From assembly GCA_964016885.1 (NCBI GenBank), contig OZ024744.1, forward strand, positions 109,554,001-109,618,000: 64,000 nucleotides of DNA. Reading direction: 5' to 3'. Shown here piece after piece: positions 59,901 through 64,000 of the stretch. The position numbers were made by a program, and so were the translations under genes. Origin of the DNA: Eledone cirrhosa. Lineage: Eukaryota. The notes below the pieces were generated by a model. The model had not been told where the DNA came from. It worked only from the letters and a program-made list of their open reading frames with translations, and ran no database searches. Numbering within the stretch: position 1 is the first letter of the stretch; each line of letters starts with the position of its first letter.

Positions 59901-62900
59901 ACAGGGAACTTGAGAAATAATATCAGACTGAACCAACAGAGGGAACTAGAGAAATAATATCAGACTGAACCAATACAGGGAACTAGAGAAATAATATCAC
60001 ACTGAACCAATACAGGGAACTAGAGAAATAATATCAGGCTGAACCAACAGAGGGAACTAGAGAAATAATATCAGACTGAACCAATACAGGGAACTAGAGA
60101 AATAATATCACACTGAACCAATACAGGGAACTAGAGAAATAATATCAGACTGAACCAATACAGGGAACTAGAGAAATAATATCAGACTGAACAAATACAG
60201 GGTACTAGAGAAATAATATCAGACTGAACAAATACAGGGAACTTGAGAAATAATATCAGACTGAACCATATTGAACTAGAGAAATAATATCAGACTGAAC
60301 CAACATTGAACTAGAGAAATAATATCAGACTGAACAAATACAGGGAACTAGAGAAATAATATCAGACTGAACCAATACAGGGAACTAGAGAAATATTATC
60401 AGACTGAACCAATACAGGGAACTAGAGAAATAATTTCAGACTGAACCAATAGAGGGGACTAGAGAAATAATATCAGACTGAACCAATACAGGGAACTAGA
60501 GAAAAAATATCAGACTGAACCAATACAGGGAACTAGAGAAATAATATCAGACTGAACAAATACAGGGAACTAGAGAAATAATATCAGACTGAACCAATAC
60601 AGGGAACTATAGAAATAATATCAGACTGAACCAATACAGGGAACTAGAGAAATAATATCAGACTGAACCAATACAGGGAACTAGAGAAATAATATCAGAC
60701 TGAACCAATACAGGGAACTTGAGAAATAATATCAGACTGAACCAATAGATGGAACTAGAGAAATAATATCAGACTGAACAAATACAGGGAACTAGAGAAA
60801 TAATATCAGACTGAACCAATAGAGGGAACTAGAGAAATAATATCAGGCTGAGCCAACAGAAGGAACTAGAGAAATAATATCAGACTGAACCAATACAGGG
60901 AACTAGAGAAATAATATCAGACTGAACCAATACAGGGAACTAGAGAAATAATATCAGACTGAACCAATACAGGGAACTAGAGAAATAATATCAGACTGAA
61001 CCAATACAGGGAACTAGAGAAATAATATCAGACTGAACCAATACAGGGAACTAGAGAAATAATATCAGACTGAACCAATAGAGGGAACTAGAGAAATAAT
61101 ATCAGGCTGAGCCAACAGAAGGAACTAGAGAAATAATATCAGACTGAACCAATACAGGGAACTAGAGAAATAATATCAGACTGAACCAATAGAGGGAACT
61201 AGAGAAATAATATCAGACTGAACCAACAGAGGGAACTAGAGAAATAATATCAGACTGAACCAATACAGGGAACTAGAGAAATAATATCAGGCTGAACCAA
61301 CAGAGGGAACTAGAGAAATAATATCAGACTGAACCAATACAGGGAACTAGAGAAATAATATCAGACTGAACCAATAGAGGGAACTAGAGAAATAATATCA
61401 GACTTAACCAATAGAGGGAACTAGAGAAATAATATCAGACTGAACCAATACAGGGAACTAGAGAAATAATATCAGACTGAACCAATACAGGGAACTAGAG
61501 AAATAATATCAGACTGAACCAACAGAGGGAACTAGAGAAATAATATCAGACTGAACCAACAGAGGGAACTAGAGAAATAATATCAGACTGAACCAATACA
61601 GGGAACTAGAGAAATAATATCAGACTGAACCAATACAGGGAACTAGAGAAATAATATCAGACTGAACCAACAGAGGGAACTAGAGAAATAATATCAGACT
61701 GAACCAATAGAGGGAACTAGAGAAATTATATCAGACTGAACCAATAGAGGGAACTAGAGAAATAATATCAGACTGAACCAATACAGTGAACTAGAGAAAT
61801 AATATCAGACTGAACCAATAGAGGGAACTAGAGAAATAATATCAGACTGAACCAATAGAGGGAACTAGAGAAATAATATCAGACTGAACCAATAGAGGGA
61901 ACTAGAGAAATAATATCAGATTGCACAAATACAGGGAACTAGAGAAATAATATCAGACTGAACCAATAGAGGGAACTAGAGAAATAATATCAGACTGAGC
62001 CAATAGAGGGAACTAGAGAAATAATATCAGACTGAACCAATACAGGGAACTAGAGAAATGATATCAGACTGCACAAATACAGGGAACTAGAGAAATAATA
62101 TCAGACTGAACCAATACAGGGAACTAGAGAAATAATATCAGACTGAACCAATACAGGGAACTAGAGAAATAATATCAGACTGAACCAATACAGGGAACTA
62201 GAGAAATAATATCAGACTGAACCAATACAGTGAACTAGAGAAATAATATCAGACTGAACCAATAGAGGGAACTAGAGAAATAATATCAGACTGAACCAAC
62301 AGAGGGAACTAGAGAAATAATATCAGACTGAACCAATACAGGGAACTAGAGAAATAATATCAGACTGAACCAATACAGGGAACTAGAGAAATAATATCAG
62401 ACTGAACCAATACAGGGAACTAGAGAAATAATATCAGACTGAACCAATACAGGGAACTAGAGAAATAATATCAGACTGAACCAATACAGTGAACTAGAGA
62501 AATAATATCAGACTGAACCAATAGAGGGAACTAGAGAAATAATATCAGACTGAACCAATACAGGGAACTAGAGAAATAATATCAGACTGAACCAACAGAG
62601 GGAACTAGAGAAATAATATCAGACTGAACCAATACAGGGAACTAGAGAAATAATATCAGACTGAACCAATACAGGGAACTAGAGAAATAATATCAGACTG
62701 AACCAACAGAGGGAACTAGAGAAATAATATCAGACTGAACCAATAGAGGGAACTAGAGAAATAATATCAGACTGAACCAATAGAGGGAACTAGAGAAATA
62801 ATATCAGACTGAACCAATACAGTGAACTAGAGAAATAATATCAGACTGAACCAATAGAGGGAACTAGAGAAATAATATCAGACTGAACCAATAGAGGGAA

Positions 62901-64000
62901 CTAGAGAAATAATATCAGACTGAACCAATAGAGGGAACTAGAGAAATAATATCAGATTGCACAAATACAGGGAACTAGAGAAATAATATCAGACTGAACC
63001 AATAGAGGGAACTAGAGAAATAATATCAGACTGAACCAATAGAGGGAACTAGAGAAATAATATCAGACTGAACCAATACAGGGAACTAGAGAAATGATAT
63101 CAGACTGCACAAATACAGGGAACTAGAGAAATAATATCAGACTGAACCAATACAGGGAACTAGAGAAATAATATCAGACTGAACCAATACAGGGAACTAG
63201 AGAAATAATATCAGACTGAACCAATACAGGGAACTAGAGAAATAATATCAGACTGAACCAATACAGGGAACTAGAGAAATAATATCAGACTGAACCAGTA
63301 GAGGGAACTAGAGAAATAATATCAGACTGAACCAATAGAGGGAACTAGAGAAATAATATCAGACTGAACCAATACAGGGAACTAGAGAAATAATATCAGA
63401 CTGAACAAATACAGGGAACTAGAGAAATAATATCAGACTGAACCAATACAGGGAACTAGAGAAATAATATCACACTGAACCAATACAGGGAACTAGAGAA
63501 ATAATATCAGACTGAACCAATACAGGGAACTAGAGAAATAACATCAGACTGAACCAATACAGGGAACTAGAGAAATAATATCAGACTGAACAAATACAGG
63601 GAACTAGAGAAATAATATCAGACTGAACAAATACAGGGAACTAGAGAAATAATATCAGACTGAACAAATACAGGGAACTTGAGAAATAATATCAGACTGA
63701 ACCATATTGAACTAGAGAAATAATATCAGACTGAACCAACATTGAACTAGAGAAATAATATCAAACTGAACAAATACAGGGAACTAGAGAAATAATATCA
63801 GACTGAACCAATACAGGGAACTAGAGAAATAATATCAGACTGAACCAATACAGGGAACTAGAGAAATAATATCAGACTGAACCAATACAGGGAACTAGAG
63901 AAATAATATCAGACTGAACAAATACAGGGAACTTGAGAAATAATATCAGACTGAACCAATAGAGGGAACTAGAGAAATAATATCAGACTGAACCAATAGA

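Larger units (their letters stand above)
1..64000 (+). repeat. 37-bp tandem satellite/minisatellite array, ~1731 monomers, single orientation, running past both window edges
   Basis: AATACAGGGA starts at 1 and 38, and the text line layout recurs every 2220 bp (60x37). 1731x37 - 4 (36-bp units) + 1 (38-bp unit) - 50 (ten doublets) = 63994, matching the last monomer start at 63995. No non-repeat sequence was seen. Confidence 0.99.

Noticed and set aside
1-64000. CRISPR array (37 bp is a typical repeat length, and the doublets contain ATTGAAC, resembling some CRISPR repeat 3' ends)
   Set aside because: Monomers abut directly with no unique spacers, leader or cas genes. The ATTGAAC resemblance is 7 bp in a rare variant.
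1-64000. Giant repetitive protein ORF (one frame reads EPIQGTREIISD)
   Set aside because: 37 is not a multiple of 3, so translation cycles through all frames. Each 111 bp has TGA, TAG and TAA on the + strand and TGA and TAG on the - strand. The longest open consensus stretches are about 15 and 19 codons, the consensus has no ATG, and neither TGA-only nor TAA/TAG-only reassignment opens it.
1-64000. Sequencing or rolling-circle concatemer artefact with random errors
   Set aside because: Rare variants recur in identical order at exact multi-kb offsets, and copies carry private differences, which indicates inherited variation. Mis-assembly of individual near-identical blocks remains possible and needs ultra-long reads to exclude.
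1-64000. Telomerase-type telomeric repeat or G-quadruplex array
   Set aside because: There is only one GGG per 37 bp, separated by 34 nt. The unit is longer than the telomerase repeats I know, and block-wise inherited variants imply recombinational rather than templated synthesis.
1-64000. Tandem small RNA genes (tRNA, 5S, spliced leader, miRNA)
   Set aside because: The unit is too short and A-rich, with no pairing potential beyond a 4-bp dyad, no Pol III boxes and no recognisable RNA motif.
1-64000. Functional or synthetic message encoded in the C/G variant string
   Set aside because: The recurring patterns are explained by nested duplications, and I saw no framing or fixed periodicity.

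Overview
The whole 64,000-bp window is one uninterrupted head-to-tail tandem array of a 37-bp monomer, consensus AATA(C/G)AGGGAACTAGAGAAATAATATCAGACTGAACC. The consensus is about 35% GC, 25/37 purine on the + strand, and has no CpG. Register counting gives 1731 complete monomers plus 6 bp. The 37-bp phase is accounted for by four 36-bp units, one 38-bp unit and ten 34+35-bp doublets. I find no genes, RNA genes, transposons, spacers, unique sequence or strand switches, and every reading frame on both strands is closed by stops within 111 bp. It looks like eukaryotic satellite or large-minisatellite DNA, but I cannot name the family or organism from sequence alone. The information lies in rare variant monomers, which record nested duplications at offsets of 1, 2, 8, 28, 29, 48, 57, 94, 100, 109 and 281 monomers. 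They also suggest an approximately 13-kb (354-monomer) A-B-C super-repeat in the right two-thirds and a left-to-right turnover of variant types. I see no evidence of a novel protein- or RNA-encoding system; the findings concern array architecture and mutation mechanism.
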